Notes under the pieces: generated by a model
Seen by the model: only the letters and a program-made list of their open reading frames with translations
Database searches by the model: none
What the model was told of the DNA's origin: nothing
Source: Candidatus Bathyarchaeia archaeon
GTDB taxonomy: Archaea > Thermoproteota > Bathyarchaeia > Bathyarchaeales > Bathycorpusculaceae
DNA length: 64,000 nt
Reading direction: 5' to 3'
Assembly (NCBI GenBank): GCA_038882975.1
Contig: JAVZNE010000002.1
Location: forward strand, 128,001 to 192,000
In this document: piece after piece, positions 27,767 through 37,948 of the stretch
How the letters are laid out: each line of letters begins with the position of its first letter
Position numbering within the stretch: position 1 is the stretch's first letter
Position numbers and translations under genes: made by a program

Positions 27767-29872
27767 TTAATTATTAAATTGCTCTATTCTCTCGAGGATT
27801 TTTTCTATATGTAAATGAGCCTTCATCTCGTTTTGCCACTCTACCGGAAGCTTACGTTTGAATCTTCCAGCTGCACGCCTATCCATAAGGATTATTATGC
27901 CCCTATCTTCTGGGCTGCGGAGGAGTCTGCCAGCGGACTGGGCTAGCGCGTTTAAACATGGCATGTTGTTGGCATATTCTATAGCTTTGGCTCCAAACTT
28001 TTCTTTAAAATACTTGTATAGGGCTGCTTGTAGCTCCGTCTTCTTTGGAAATGGCAGCCCAACAATGACGACAGCGGAAAGTAGGCTTTTTCCCTCCATT
28101 GTCATGTCAACGCCTTCGCTTATTTTGCCTCTTGCCACGCCGAAAACAACGCAGCTTCCATTTTCTTGTAAAAACTTTAGAACGTCTAGAATTTTTGTTC
28201 TCTTCTCTTCTATCAGCAGTGGCTGTTCCAGCTTAATTATTTGGGCTATTTCCCGCATAACCTCGTATGATGGAAAGTATACGGCGACTCTTCCACAAAC
28301 CTTTTGTATTATTTGGCTGAGGTGGGCTGCTATACGCTTCCATTGTATTTCGTTGCGTTTTTCAAACTTTGTTGTAACCGCCTCATCCACGAGTAGAAGT
28401 CTATTCTCTGATGGGAAGGGGTTTGGAAGATCTAGACTTTGACAGCGACTTCTGTCGAGCCCCAAAACATCAATGTAGTAATCCATGTTCCATAAAGTGC
28501 CTGACATGAGTATGGTGGAGCGGAGTTCATTGATTATGCCAGCCGCTAATGAGGGGTCGAGGCATCTGATTCCAAGCCTAACACGTTTTTTCTGTTCTCT
28601 GTCCGCTTCGACCTTAACATATCGCACATGGCTTGAACCAGTCAAACTCATCCAATTGGAGAGAAACTCCACACAACGTGAAAGATATGATACTGGGCTT
28701 TTTCCCATCTCGCTTCTTTTGACGCGGATTTGTTCGCCTTTATCAGCCAGTTCTTGCAGTATCTCGCCCAGTTTTTCATGGTTGACTTTGAGTTTCTCGG
28801 CTAATGCTCTGGTTAGCTCTTCTTCACCAATTATGTGTTCGACATCCAATCCATAGTTTCTATAAACCTTTTTCCCAAAATTCACCATGACTGTGTATAA
28901 GGCTTCCAAAAAGCCCAAATCGTCAATGTCGAAGTTTTTTACCTCTTTGTAAGCTCTTCTAACAGATCTTGATGAAAGCTCTTCTGAAGATATGCCGCTT
29001 GCGTAGTATGGTAGGCTATGCGCCTCATCGAAGACGCAGTTAATGGCTTTTGTGCGTATTCCAGCCTTTCCTAAAATTGAGCCGCGTATGGCGTCCACCA
29101 AGATGTAGTTGTAATTGCCTATGACAATGTCGGCGTAACGCGTCAGAATCTTTGTAACTTCGTAGGGGCATAAACCAGCGTCATGGCATATTTCATAGGT
29201 CTCTTCTGGAAGGAGGGGTCCAATCTTCTTTATCTTGCCCACCAGATTGTAGGCTTGCCAGCTTGGCTTCCAACCATCATATGTTCTTTCATAATATTCG
29301 CATGTTTTGCCGAACAAGCCTTCCTTCAATCCCTTGCAATAGTAGAGGAAGTCTCTGTAGGCTATGTCCTTAAGCTTGGGGTCTTCGAAGGTGTGGGGGC
29401 ACATTTCCTTCTTGCTTTTGAAAATTGATGCAGCAAAGCTTACGCCACAATGATCTTTTATGTTTTTCAGCTCTCTTGAGTAGATTTCAAGCTGATTTTT
29501 CGTTCTAGTTAGGGCTATAAGCCTTCTAATGGATGGATTTTGTTCTTTAGCCACGAAAAAAGCTGTTAAAACAGAGATGGATTTTCCAGTGCCACAGGGA
29601 GAGCAGAGCAAACCGATTTTTCCGTCTTTAATCACTTGGTAGGCAAATTTTATGGCTTTAATCTGGAATGGGCGAAAACTCTGATACGGGAAGAACTCCT
29701 TAACCAAATCCTCAAAGCCTTCTTCACCCTTAGCAGCTTCCTTTTCCACTGCGGCTTGGTGCGCAGTTGTCCTTGTCAAAAAAGTTCCACAGCTTCCACA
29801 GAAATGGCTCCTCAAATATTCCTCAGCGGTGTAGGTTTTCCCACATCGGCGGCAAATGTAAACCGTTTCCAT
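27767..29872 (-). CDS. XPD/Rad3/DinG-family Fe-S DNA helicase with N-terminal zinc ribbon
   Basis: SPCGTGKS, Fe-S cysteines, CPYE, DEAH, MSGTL, SEGVD and QSAGRLLR. Start moved to ATG 29872 (METVYICRRC). Confidence 0.92.
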   Translation of the reverse strand: METVYICRRCGKTYTAEEYLRSHFCGSCGTFLTRTTAHQAAVEKEAAKGEEGFEDLVKEFFPYQSFRPFQIKAIKFAYQVIKDGKIGLLCSPCGTGKSISVLTAFFVAKEQNPSIRRLIALTRTKNQLEIYSRELKNIKDHCGVSFAASIFKSKKEMCPHTFEDPKLKDIAYRDFLYYCKGLKEGLFGKTCEYYERTYDGWKPSWQAYNLVGKIKKIGPLLPEETYEICHDAGLCPYEVTKILTRYADIVIGNYNYILVDAIRGSILGKAGIRTKAINCVFDEAHSLPYYASGISSEELSSRSVRRAYKEVKNFDIDDLGFLEALYTVMVNFGKKVYRNYGLDVEHIIGEEELTRALAEKLKVNHEKLGEILQELADKGEQIRVKRSEMGKSPVSYLSRCVEFLSNWMSLTGSSHVRYVKVEADREQKKRVRLGIRCLDPSLAAGIINELRSTILMSGTLWNMDYYIDVLGLDRSRCQSLDLPNPFPSENRLLLVDEAVTTKFEKRNEIQWKRIAAHLSQIIQKVCGRVAVYFPSYEVMREIAQIIKLEQPLLIEEKRTKILDVLKFLQENGSCVVFGVARGKISEGVDMTMEGKSLLSAVVIVGLPFPKKTELQAALYKYFKEKFGAKAIEYANNMPCLNALAQSAGRLLRSPEDRGIIILMDRRAAGRFKRKLPVEWQNEMKAHLHIEKILERIEQFNN

Positions 29873-30001
29873 CTTTGAGGCTTCACTAATTCCACTAATG
29901 CCTTTCGCGGTAAAAGAAGTTTGCCCAGCGAGGCGAGACGCGGCGGAGATGTTAGGTTTAAGTTCTGCATGAAGCAATACTTTGATTGAGGCGTATAGGC
30001 G

Positions 30002-30667
30002 ATGGCGAACGAGTTTAAGCCAACAGTTTTCGCCGACGTCCGCGAAAGCATGGACGTGAAAGACCATTTGAAGGAGCTTGGCTGCGATGTTGTGGAGAAG
30101 GCTTTGGCTCCAGCGGACTATGTGGTGGCTGAAGACTACGCCGTTGAAAGGAAAGAGCTCCATGATTTTTTCCGCTCGGTCTTTGACGGTAGGCTTTTCG
30201 AGCAGGCTGAAAGGCTTGCAAAAACCTATGAAAACGCCTGCCTCATTGTTGAGGGAGACTTTGTCAACGCTGTAAAGTATGTTCGCACTCCGCAAGCTTT
30301 CTGGGGAGCACTGTCTAAGGTTATGGCTGACCATGGCATATCGGTGGTGTTTACTCCAAATGAGGCGCACACTGCTATGTTCCTATGCGCTCTAGCCAAA
30401 AAACTGCAAGAAGAGGAAAGACGGAAGATAGCAGTTAAGCACAAGCCTAAAACCTACACGTTGAGGCAGAGGCAACTCCTTGCAGTGCAAAGTCTGCCAA
30501 AGATAGGTCCGGAACGGGCAGAAGAACTTTTAAGACGTTTTGGAAGTGTGCGCCGCGTTTTCCAAGCCTCAAAAAGGGAACTGCTATCCGTTAAGGGTTT
30601 AGGCGAGAAGACTGTTCAAGCCATAATAGAGGTTTTAGACACAAAATATCCAGGCTTAGAACAGTAA
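30002..30667 (+). CDS. XPF/ERCC4 structure-specific nuclease (short form, nuclease plus HhH2)
   Basis: D.RE, ADY, VERK...DF..S..DGRL.EQ and two HhH motifs. Confidence 0.93.
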   Translation: MANEFKPTVFADVRESMDVKDHLKELGCDVVEKALAPADYVVAEDYAVERKELHDFFRSVFDGRLFEQAERLAKTYENACLIVEGDFVNAVKYVRTPQAFWGALSKVMADHGISVVFTPNEAHTAMFLCALAKKLQEEERRKIAVKHKPKTYTLRQRQLLAVQSLPKIGPERAEELLRRFGSVRRVFQASKRELLSVKGLGEKTVQAIIEVLDTKYPGLEQ

Positions 30668-30759
30668 TTTCGCACTTCCGCCGTATTTTCTCTCTAGGAT
30701 TGGAACTGATTTCTTAAATGTATTTAAGTGTGTAAGCGGTCTTAAATCTGGAGAATGTC

Positions 30760-32094
30760 ATGGCTTTAGAAAGGCTTGGCGCTTCGCTTCACGAGGCTTT
30801 AAGGAAGCTTTTTAGAGCCGTCGTCGTCGACGAAGCCGCTGTTAAAGAGCTTGTGAGGGACGTGCAGCGGGCACTGCTGCAGGCGGACGTGAACGTTCAG
30901 CTAGTCTTGGATATTTCTAAGCGCATAGAGGAGAGAGCCCTCAAAGAGAAGGTTCCACCCGGAATTTCACGCCGCGAGCACGTAATTAAAGTTGTTTATG
31001 AAGAGTTAACACGCTTTCTAGGAGAAAAGCCTGTTCCGTTGAAGGTTGAGCCTGGCAAAAGGAAGGTTTTGATGCTTGTTGGCATTCAAGGTTCTGGAAA
31101 AACCACTGCTGCAGCCAAGCTTGCAAGATACTTTCAGAAGAGAGGTTTAAAACCAGCCTTAATATGTGCCGACACCTACCGCCCGGGCGCCTTTGACCAG
31201 CTTCAGCAACTTGCCAACAGAATAAATGTGCCAATTTACGGCGATCCAAAATCTAAGGACCCTGTTAAAATAGCGCTTGAGGGGTTGAAGCAGTTTAGTG
31301 ACAAGGACATAGTTATAGTTGACACGGCTGGACGCCACAAGGAGGAACGTGAGCTTATTAAAGAGATGAAAATGCTTGAGGAGAAAATTAAGCCGGACGA
31401 GGTTATGCTTGTCATTGACGGAACTATTGGTCAGCAAGCCCTTGTGCAAGCAAAAGCCTTCAACGAGGCAACATCCATAGGCTCCATACTTGTGACAAAA
31501 CTTGACGGTTCAGCTAGGGGTGGGGGCGCCTTGTCCGCTGTTGTGGCCACCGGCGCGCCGATAAAGTTCATAAGTACCGGCGAAAAGGTTGAGGACATTG
31601 AGCCTTTTGTTCCATCCCGATTTGTGGGTAGACTCCTAGGCATGGGTGACTTGGAAACCCTCATCGAAAAGGTTCGTGAAGCCGAAATCAAGGTTCCGGA
31701 GAAGAAGGCCAAGGCAATTTTAAGCGGCAAATTCACTTTGACGGACATGTATGAACAGTTTGAAGCCATGAAAGGCATGGGGCCCTTCCGTAAACTCTTG
31801 AAGATGCTTCCAGGCATGTCCTACGATGTGCCAGAAGAAATGCTTGACATGGCTGAGGACAAACTGGAAAAGTGGCGTGTCATAATCCAGTCAATGACTC
31901 CGGCGGAGCGGGAAAACCCCAAAATCTTTAACGCTTCGAGGATTAGACGTGTGGCGCGGGGCTCCGGAACAAGCGAGAAGGATGTGAAGGAACTTTTGAA
32001 ACAGTATGTTCTCATGCGGAAAATGTTGAAAACATTAAGAAGAAAGAAGAGGCTTCCCTTCTTTGGAAAGGGACTGCCCATTGACGTAGGCTAA
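30760..32094 (+). CDS. srp54: Signal recognition particle protein Srp54
   Basis: GIQGSGKTT, DTAGRH, TKLDG and M-domain SRIRRVARGSG. Confidence 0.97.
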   Translation: MALERLGASLHEALRKLFRAVVVDEAAVKELVRDVQRALLQADVNVQLVLDISKRIEERALKEKVPPGISRREHVIKVVYEELTRFLGEKPVPLKVEPGKRKVLMLVGIQGSGKTTAAAKLARYFQKRGLKPALICADTYRPGAFDQLQQLANRINVPIYGDPKSKDPVKIALEGLKQFSDKDIVIVDTAGRHKEERELIKEMKMLEEKIKPDEVMLVIDGTIGQQALVQAKAFNEATSIGSILVTKLDGSARGGGALSAVVATGAPIKFISTGEKVEDIEPFVPSRFVGRLLGMGDLETLIEKVREAEIKVPEKKAKAILSGKFTLTDMYEQFEAMKGMGPFRKLLKMLPGMSYDVPEEMLDMAEDKLEKWRVIIQSMTPAERENPKIFNASRIRRVARGSGTSEKDVKELLKQYVLMRKMLKTLRRKKRLPFFGKGLPIDVG

Positions 32095-32130
32095 GGCTTT
32101 ATCGCAAAAACGTGCCAAAAGGAGTCTTTT

Positions 32131-33468
32131 ATGGGCATATTGGAAAAAGTCCTCCAAATGCTGGAAAAACACCCCCTATGCGACCACTGTTTAGGTAGGC
32201 AATTCGCCTTTCTAGGGCATGGAATGGAAAACGACGAAAGGGGAAAAGCCATAAAAAACGTCTTATTAATGGAGGCCCAAGCCCTCGCTCGCACAAAAGA
32301 GGATGAAGGGGTAAAAATCCTTAAAGTTCTTGCAACAAACGGTTTCTGCAAAAAGGCGCTGGAAACTCTCAGTAAAATGGGAAGGCGCATTTCCGAGAAA
32401 AAAGTGGCGGAGACTTGTTTTCTATGTGAAAACCGCTTCGAAATTGTTGATGATTTGGCAAAAAAGGCTGTTGAGAAGTTGAGGGAATACGAGTATAGCA
32501 ACTTTTTGGTCGGCATAGAACTCCCTGTTGAAGTTGAGGAACGCGAGGACGAGTTTAAGGCTCGATTTGATGTAGAGTATGGTGAAAATATTAGGCTGGA
32601 ATTTGGTAGAACCTTAGGCAAAAAGATCGCTTCATACAGTCAAAAACCTGTAGAACACCGAAAACCAGACATTGTTGTCCTCATAAACCCCATGACCAGC
32701 AAAATAAAGGTTCAAGTTAACCCCCTCTACATTGCCGGGCGTTACAAGAAACTTGTTAGGGGTATACCCCAGTCCAAATGGTTCTGCACCAACTGCCGCG
32801 GGAAAGGGTGCGAAAAATGCAACTGGACTGGGAAAAGGTATCCAGAATCCGTTGAGGAGCTGATAAGCGAGCCCATTTTGAAGGCTACGGGCGGCACTAA
32901 CACGTCATTTCATGCTTCTGGGCGGGAGGATGTGGACGCCCGCATGCTTGGAAAGGGCAGACCCTTCGTCATAGAAATAGCACAGCCTAAAAGGCGTTTC
33001 CTAGACCTTAAACAGATCGAAGACGCCGTGAACACTCACGCAAAAGGTAAGGTTGAAGTTTCAGAACTCCGACTTGTTGACAAAGACTTTGTGCGAAAGC
33101 TGAAAAAGGCGGAGTCAGCGCAAAAAGAGTACCGCGTCATCGTGGAATTTGAAAGAGAAGTTACAGACGTGGATTTAAGACTGTTGGAGGAAAAGCTTAG
33201 CGGCACGATTGTTAGGCAGAGGACGCCACTACGTGTTTTGCATAGGAGGGCGGATTTAACGCGGGAAAAGTACATATATGAGGTTAAGGCTAAGAAATTG
33301 TCATCGAATAGGGCTGAACTGAAGGTTAGATGTCAAGGAGGATTATATGTAAAAGAGCTGGTGACGGGCGATGAGGGAAGAACAACCCCGAGCGTTTCAG
33401 AGATTCTCGGATGCAAAGCGAAGCCTATAAAACTTGATGTTTTAAAGGTAATTGTGAGGGAAGGTTGA
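32131..33468 (+). CDS. pus10: tRNA pseudouridine(54/55) synthase Pus10
   Basis: LCDHCLGR, GREDVDARMLG.GRPF and GGLYVKEL. Confidence 0.95.
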   Translation: MGILEKVLQMLEKHPLCDHCLGRQFAFLGHGMENDERGKAIKNVLLMEAQALARTKEDEGVKILKVLATNGFCKKALETLSKMGRRISEKKVAETCFLCENRFEIVDDLAKKAVEKLREYEYSNFLVGIELPVEVEEREDEFKARFDVEYGENIRLEFGRTLGKKIASYSQKPVEHRKPDIVVLINPMTSKIKVQVNPLYIAGRYKKLVRGIPQSKWFCTNCRGKGCEKCNWTGKRYPESVEELISEPILKATGGTNTSFHASGREDVDARMLGKGRPFVIEIAQPKRRFLDLKQIEDAVNTHAKGKVEVSELRLVDKDFVRKLKKAESAQKEYRVIVEFEREVTDVDLRLLEEKLSGTIVRQRTPLRVLHRRADLTREKYIYEVKAKKLSSNRAELKVRCQGGLYVKELVTGDEGRTTPSVSEILGCKAKPIKLDVLKVIVREG

Positions 33469-33471
33469 AAA

Positions 33472-33768
33472 TTGAGGAAGTCAAAGGGGTACAGGTCAAA
33501 AACACGGCGGCTCCTTAGGAAAAACCCTAGGGAAAGAGGCAAACTGCGGCTAAGCAAACTGCTCCATGAATACCAGCCTGGAAACAGCGTAGTCATAAAA
33601 ATTGATCCCAGTTTCCAGAAGGGTATGCCTCATAGGCGGTATCATGGAAAGGTGGGCAAGGTTGTTGGTGTTCGTGGGAAAAGCTACATTGTGAGCGTTA
33701 CACAAGGCGACGCTGTTAAGGAAATCATTGTTAGACCAGAGCATTTGGAGCCCTATAAGGGTGGTTGA
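33472..33768 (+). CDS. rpl21e: 50S ribosomal protein L21e
   Basis: KGMPHRRYHGKVG and VRPEHL. Confidence 0.97.
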   Translation: MRKSKGYRSKTRRLLRKNPRERGKLRLSKLLHEYQPGNSVVIKIDPSFQKGMPHRRYHGKVGKVVGVRGKSYIVSVTQGDAVKEIIVRPEHLEPYKGG

Positions 33769-33769
33769 A

Positions 33770-34117
33770 ATGCTGGAAAAGGCTGAGACTGAAAAAGTTA
33801 AGGAGAAAAGCCTCACAATCCCGCAGGTCAAAAAGCTACTGGACGAGCTTGGCGAGGAAAAATTGGACCAGTTCCAAAGACGTGTGCTTGACTATGCCTC
33901 AAAGTTTTCGAAGGTTGACGCCGAAACCGCTGAAAAGCTTGTGGAAAAACTTGTCAAAGAATTCGGTTTAGAAGAAACTGAAGCTGTCCAAATAGTTAAT
34001 TGTATGCCAGGCACCGTGGAAGAGCTTAGGGTTTTTCTTGGAGGCGGTCGCAAGATTATCGAAGCCTCTAAATTGGAAGCTATGGTTAAACTTTTAAATG
34101 AACATAGATTGAAATAG
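33770..34117 (+). CDS. rpoF: RNA polymerase subunit F (Rpo4)
   Basis: Y..KFSK, AVQIVN.MP....ELR; conserved position after L21e. Confidence 0.9.
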   Translation: MLEKAETEKVKEKSLTIPQVKKLLDELGEEKLDQFQRRVLDYASKFSKVDAETAEKLVEKLVKEFGLEETEAVQIVNCMPGTVEELRVFLGGGRKIIEASKLEAMVKLLNEHRLK

Positions 34118-34164
34118 CTCTTCACACCGTATTTTAAAATGTGAGGAGTTTAAAAGGGGATATA

Positions 34165-34737
34165 ATGGAGAAGGAGAAACGCTACGAAGAGTATGCCTAC
34201 GTCCTAGACTTTCTTCCCCACGGGCGCCCCGGAGTTCGGATAACTGGGAGAGCTGGTTACAGAGCTGGCGCCCTAGTTCAGCTTGTGGGCGAGGAGTTTT
34301 TCACGCTTTTAGAGGCACTCGTTAAGGAAGGCGTGACTTTAAAGCCTCATGACCGTGTTTATGTTGGCAAGGAGGCCCGTGAGGAGATAACCTACATCAT
34401 TGGGCGGATAGGCTATGACGAATTGACTTCTGCCGCAAAGATGGAGCTCCCAGCAGTTGTTAGCCGCATAGTCCTCAACCGAGAAAAATGGTTTGTCAAT
34501 TTCTTTAATACAGCTCAAGCCATAACCCCTCGAATGCACGCATTAGAGCTTATCCCCGGTATAGGCAAGAAATACATGTGGCAAGTTATAAACGAACGGG
34601 AAAAGAAGCCCTTTGAAAGTTTTGAGGATTTGCAGAAGCGAACAGAAATCCCCAACCCCGTTAAGCTCCTCACAAAGAGGATTTTAGAGGAGTTGGCTGG
34701 CGAAAGCAAGTATAGGCTTTTCACGAGAGCCCGTTGA
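34165..34737 (+). CDS. DUF655 RNA-binding protein
   Basis: YEEYAYVLD, FFTLLE and RMHALELIPGIGKK. Confidence 0.92.
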   Translation: MEKEKRYEEYAYVLDFLPHGRPGVRITGRAGYRAGALVQLVGEEFFTLLEALVKEGVTLKPHDRVYVGKEAREEITYIIGRIGYDELTSAAKMELPAVVSRIVLNREKWFVNFFNTAQAITPRMHALELIPGIGKKYMWQVINEREKKPFESFEDLQKRTEIPNPVKLLTKRILEELAGESKYRLFTRAR

Positions 34738-34758
34738 ACGTGGCTGGTAAACGCTCTT

Positions 34759-35577
34759 ATGAGCCTAATTGAAGAAGCGAAGTTCCTCCTTCGAAGGTAT
34801 CGAATTTTTCCGAAAAGGCGCCTAGGGCAACACTTTATGGTTGAGCCGTTAATTTTTCAACTTCTAGCCAACTATGCCTCACTCTGCAAAAACGACATCG
34901 TTTTGGATGTTGGCGCTGGTCTGGGTTTTCTAACACGCTTTTTAGCCGAAAGGTGTGGAAGGGTTTTGGCTGTTGAGCTGGATAATAGGCTTGTTAAGGT
35001 TTTGTATGAACAACTTAAAGGCTTGCCAAACATTGTGGTTATCGAAGGCGACGTGCTTAAGATACCTCTCCCTACATTTAACAAGGTTGTTTCCATACCG
35101 CCCTACGGCATCTCTTCGACTCTAGTCCAATGGCTTTTCAGCAAGAAGCTCGACTGTGCAGTGATGGTTTTTCAAAAAGATTTTGCCAAACGCCTCATGG
35201 CGCCTATTGGAAGCGATGACTATGGCTGGCTAACGGTTCTGGCATATTACCATTTTGACGTTGAGCTTTTAGACGATGTGCCGAAGAGCTTTTTCTATCC
35301 ACAACCCGAAATAGACTCCATAATTGTCCGCCTAAAGCCGAAGCCGCAACCGCCTTTTAGGCTGAGGGATGAAGCCTTTTTCACAAGGCTTGTGCAAGCC
35401 CTTTTCACACAGCGTAACAGAAAAGTTAGAAACGCCATCAAACCCTTCATAAGGAAAGAGTGCAAGGTTTCCGAAGCTGCCGCCAGAGTGGCTGACTCTC
35501 TCCCCTTTCATGATAGGCGTGTGCGGGAATTGGCGCCAGAAGACTTTGGTGAACTTGCAAATGTCCTCGCCAACTAA
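34759..35577 (+). CDS. rsmA: 16S rRNA m6,2A dimethyltransferase KsgA
   Basis: LGQHF, DVGAGLG.LT, PY.ISS and F.QR.RKV.N. Confidence 0.94.
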   Translation: MSLIEEAKFLLRRYRIFPKRRLGQHFMVEPLIFQLLANYASLCKNDIVLDVGAGLGFLTRFLAERCGRVLAVELDNRLVKVLYEQLKGLPNIVVIEGDVLKIPLPTFNKVVSIPPYGISSTLVQWLFSKKLDCAVMVFQKDFAKRLMAPIGSDDYGWLTVLAYYHFDVELLDDVPKSFFYPQPEIDSIIVRLKPKPQPPFRLRDEAFFTRLVQALFTQRNRKVRNAIKPFIRKECKVSEAAARVADSLPFHDRRVRELAPEDFGELANVLAN

Positions 35578-36184
35578 GCGAGTGTTTTTCGGAGGCTACG
35601 TTTTCGATGTTTGGCAAGACGTTTACGAACCAGCAGAAGACTCCTTTCTATTCGCGGAAAACCTAACAGTGTGGAAAGGTGAAAAAGTCCTTGACATGGG
35701 GACAGGATGCGGTATCCTTGGCATAATCGCCGCAGACAAAGCCTCGCAAGTGGTTGCCGTAGACATAAACCCGATAGCTGTGCGGTGTGCAAAAGAAAAC
35801 GCCAAACTAAATGGAGTCGCTGACAAAATGTTTTTTATTCAAGGCGACTTGTTCACGCCACTGAAAGTAGAGGAAAAATTCGACTTAATCCTTTTTAACG
35901 CGCCCTATTTGCCAACCGAACCTTTTGAGGGCGAAACCTTAATTGAACGTGCATGGGCTGGTGGAACAGATGGCAGAGCTGTCCTAGACCGCTTCTTAGA
36001 AGGAATATCTGGACATGTTAAGGTTGGCGGTCGTGTTTTGTTGATGCAGTCAACCCTTGCAAATGTGGACAGAACCGTGAAAATTTTGGAAGATGAAGGT
36101 TTCAAGGCAAGAATTGTTGCGAGTTTAGACTTTCCCTTCTTCGAAACAATAGTGCTCATCGAGGCAAAGGCTACCTCTTCATAA
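35561..36184 (+). CDS. HemK2/Mtq2 family protein methyltransferase
   Basis: VYEPAEDSFL, DMGTGCG, FNAPYLP and GG.DGR. Confidence 0.93.
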   Translation: MSSPTKRVFFGGYVFDVWQDVYEPAEDSFLFAENLTVWKGEKVLDMGTGCGILGIIAADKASQVVAVDINPIAVRCAKENAKLNGVADKMFFIQGDLFTPLKVEEKFDLILFNAPYLPTEPFEGETLIERAWAGGTDGRAVLDRFLEGISGHVKVGGRVLLMQSTLANVDRTVKILEDEGFKARIVASLDFPFFETIVLIEAKATSS

Positions 36185-37196
36185 CTCTAAATTTTTCCAG
36201 TCTTGTGAGCATTTCCCGCTTTTCATGCTCGCTTAGGAAGGATGCTTGGAAAGAGTTTCTGGCAAGCTCGTATATCTGCTGGGCATTTAAGCCCAACGCC
36301 TTCTGCACTGCAATGTAATTTTCATTAATGTAGCCTCCAAAATACGCTGGGTCATCAGAATTCACTGTTACAAGGAGTCCTTTGTCAGGCATCTTTTTCA
36401 GCGGATGCTCCTCCATTCCTTTTATGACGCCTAACTTTAGGTTTGAAAGCGGGCAAAGTGTCAATGGGATTTTCCGCCTTGCCAGCTCTCTAACGAGATT
36501 TTCATCGTCGAGGGCGTGGTTTCCATGGTCAATGCGGGAAACTTTCAGAAGGCTTATTGCTTCCCAAACATAATCTGCTGGTCCCTCTTCGCCAGCGTGG
36601 GCAACCGTTAAAAAGCCTTCATCCACGGCTTTTTCAAAGACTTTTTGGAACTTTGATGGTGGATTGCCAATTTCGGCTGAATCAAGCCCGACAGCCACAA
36701 TCCAGTCCTTGTAGGACAAAGCCTCTTCTAAAGTTTCGAAGGCTGAATCCACACTTAAATCCCTTAAAAAACACATTATCAGCTTTGTTGAAACTCCAAG
36801 CCTTTTCTCCCCATCCCTAAGAGCCTTATAAATGCCCGTTATTACCGTGTCAAATTTTACGCCTCCTCTCGTGTGGGCTTGAGGGTCAAAGAATATTTCA
36901 GTGTGTAAAACGTTTTGGGAGCGCGCCTTTTCCAGATATGCCCATGTTAAATCGTAAAAATCCTGCTCTTTTTGCAGAACTTTAACTCCTTCATAGTAGA
37001 CATCTAAAAAATCTTGAAGGTTTCTAAAATTATAGGCTGCCCTGGCTTCTTCAACGCTCCCGTATTTTGGTTTAATTTTATTCCTTTTTGCAATTTCCAT
37101 CATCATTTTAGGTTCAAGGGTTCCTTCAATGTGTAGGTGGAGCTCTGCCTTCGGGATTTTCCTAATAAGCATCTCCAAGGAATTTCTGCCTCTCAT
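36171..37196 (-). CDS. Adenosine/adenine deaminase (bacterial-type, amidohydrolase superfamily)
   Basis: PKAELHLHIEG, HAGEEG, RIDHG, CPLSN and NSDDPAYF. Start uncertain (37172-37202). Confidence 0.9.
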   Translation of the reverse strand: MRGRNSLEMLIRKIPKAELHLHIEGTLEPKMMMEIAKRNKIKPKYGSVEEARAAYNFRNLQDFLDVYYEGVKVLQKEQDFYDLTWAYLEKARSQNVLHTEIFFDPQAHTRGGVKFDTVITGIYKALRDGEKRLGVSTKLIMCFLRDLSVDSAFETLEEALSYKDWIVAVGLDSAEIGNPPSKFQKVFEKAVDEGFLTVAHAGEEGPADYVWEAISLLKVSRIDHGNHALDDENLVRELARRKIPLTLCPLSNLKLGVIKGMEEHPLKKMPDKGLLVTVNSDDPAYFGGYINENYIAVQKALGLNAQQIYELARNSFQASFLSEHEKREMLTRLEKFRVMKR

Positions 37197-37304
37197 TTTC
37201 ATGTGATATGCCTTTTCAACTGCTTTATAGGATTTTGTTGAAAAACTATATAACGTGAAGGCTTTACTATTGCTAGAAAACATCTCTCTGGGAGTGATCA
37301 TTCC

Positions 37305-37826
37305 ATGTGCATAATTGGAAAGGACAAGTTGAAGGAGCTTATTGAAAATTATAAGTGCATATACCCCTACGACTACAACCTCCTCGACGGAGACAGCTAC
37401 GTGCTAACGGTTAAGGATGAGACAACATTGAATTATCTGGAGCACAAAAACCTGATATCCTACGAGATAGTTTTCACGCCACCAAATTATGTGGCTCATC
37501 TAACAGCTAAAAGCAAGTACGGGCGAATGGGGTTATCCTTCCTCAACGCGGCGAAGGTCCACAGCGGTTTTGTGGGTAGGCTTGCGCTTGAGATTGTGAA
37601 TTTGAGTAATGACCGTTGTCCCATAACAATTAAGCGGGGAGACCCCTTCATGCACATAGAGTTCATAACAAGGGAAGGTGAACCATCGCCATACATTGGT
37701 GAATACCAGTTTCAATACTTAACAGACGAGGAAGTAAAGATGTATGTTCCAATTTTGAAGCGAGTTTTTCCAAACTATGATGAGCTGGCAAAAATATGGT
37801 TCAAAAATAGGCCGCTGCTCCCATAA
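37305..37826 (+). CDS. dCTP deaminase/dUTPase superfamily protein, divergent
   Basis: KS..GR.GL....A..V.SGF.G.L.LEI.N and Y.G.YQ.Q. Confidence 0.8.
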   Translation: MCIIGKDKLKELIENYKCIYPYDYNLLDGDSYVLTVKDETTLNYLEHKNLISYEIVFTPPNYVAHLTAKSKYGRMGLSFLNAAKVHSGFVGRLALEIVNLSNDRCPITIKRGDPFMHIEFITREGEPSPYIGEYQFQYLTDEEVKMYVPILKRVFPNYDELAKIWFKNRPLLP

Positions 37827-37948
37827 TTTGCGTTTTATAGCCCTAAACTGAATTTGAAATTCATAATCTTAATCAAATATTGTGGCGTTTATGTGTGTTT
37901 GGCAAATTGCTTAAATACCGCCCTACCATATGCTGAAAGGGATGCATT

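Noticed and set aside
29873-30370. Long N-terminal extension of the helicase ORF (also those of cdc6, DUF2070 and the deaminase)
   Set aside because: These are artefacts of choosing the farthest start. They overlap opposite-strand genes or promoters, and better starts lie downstream.
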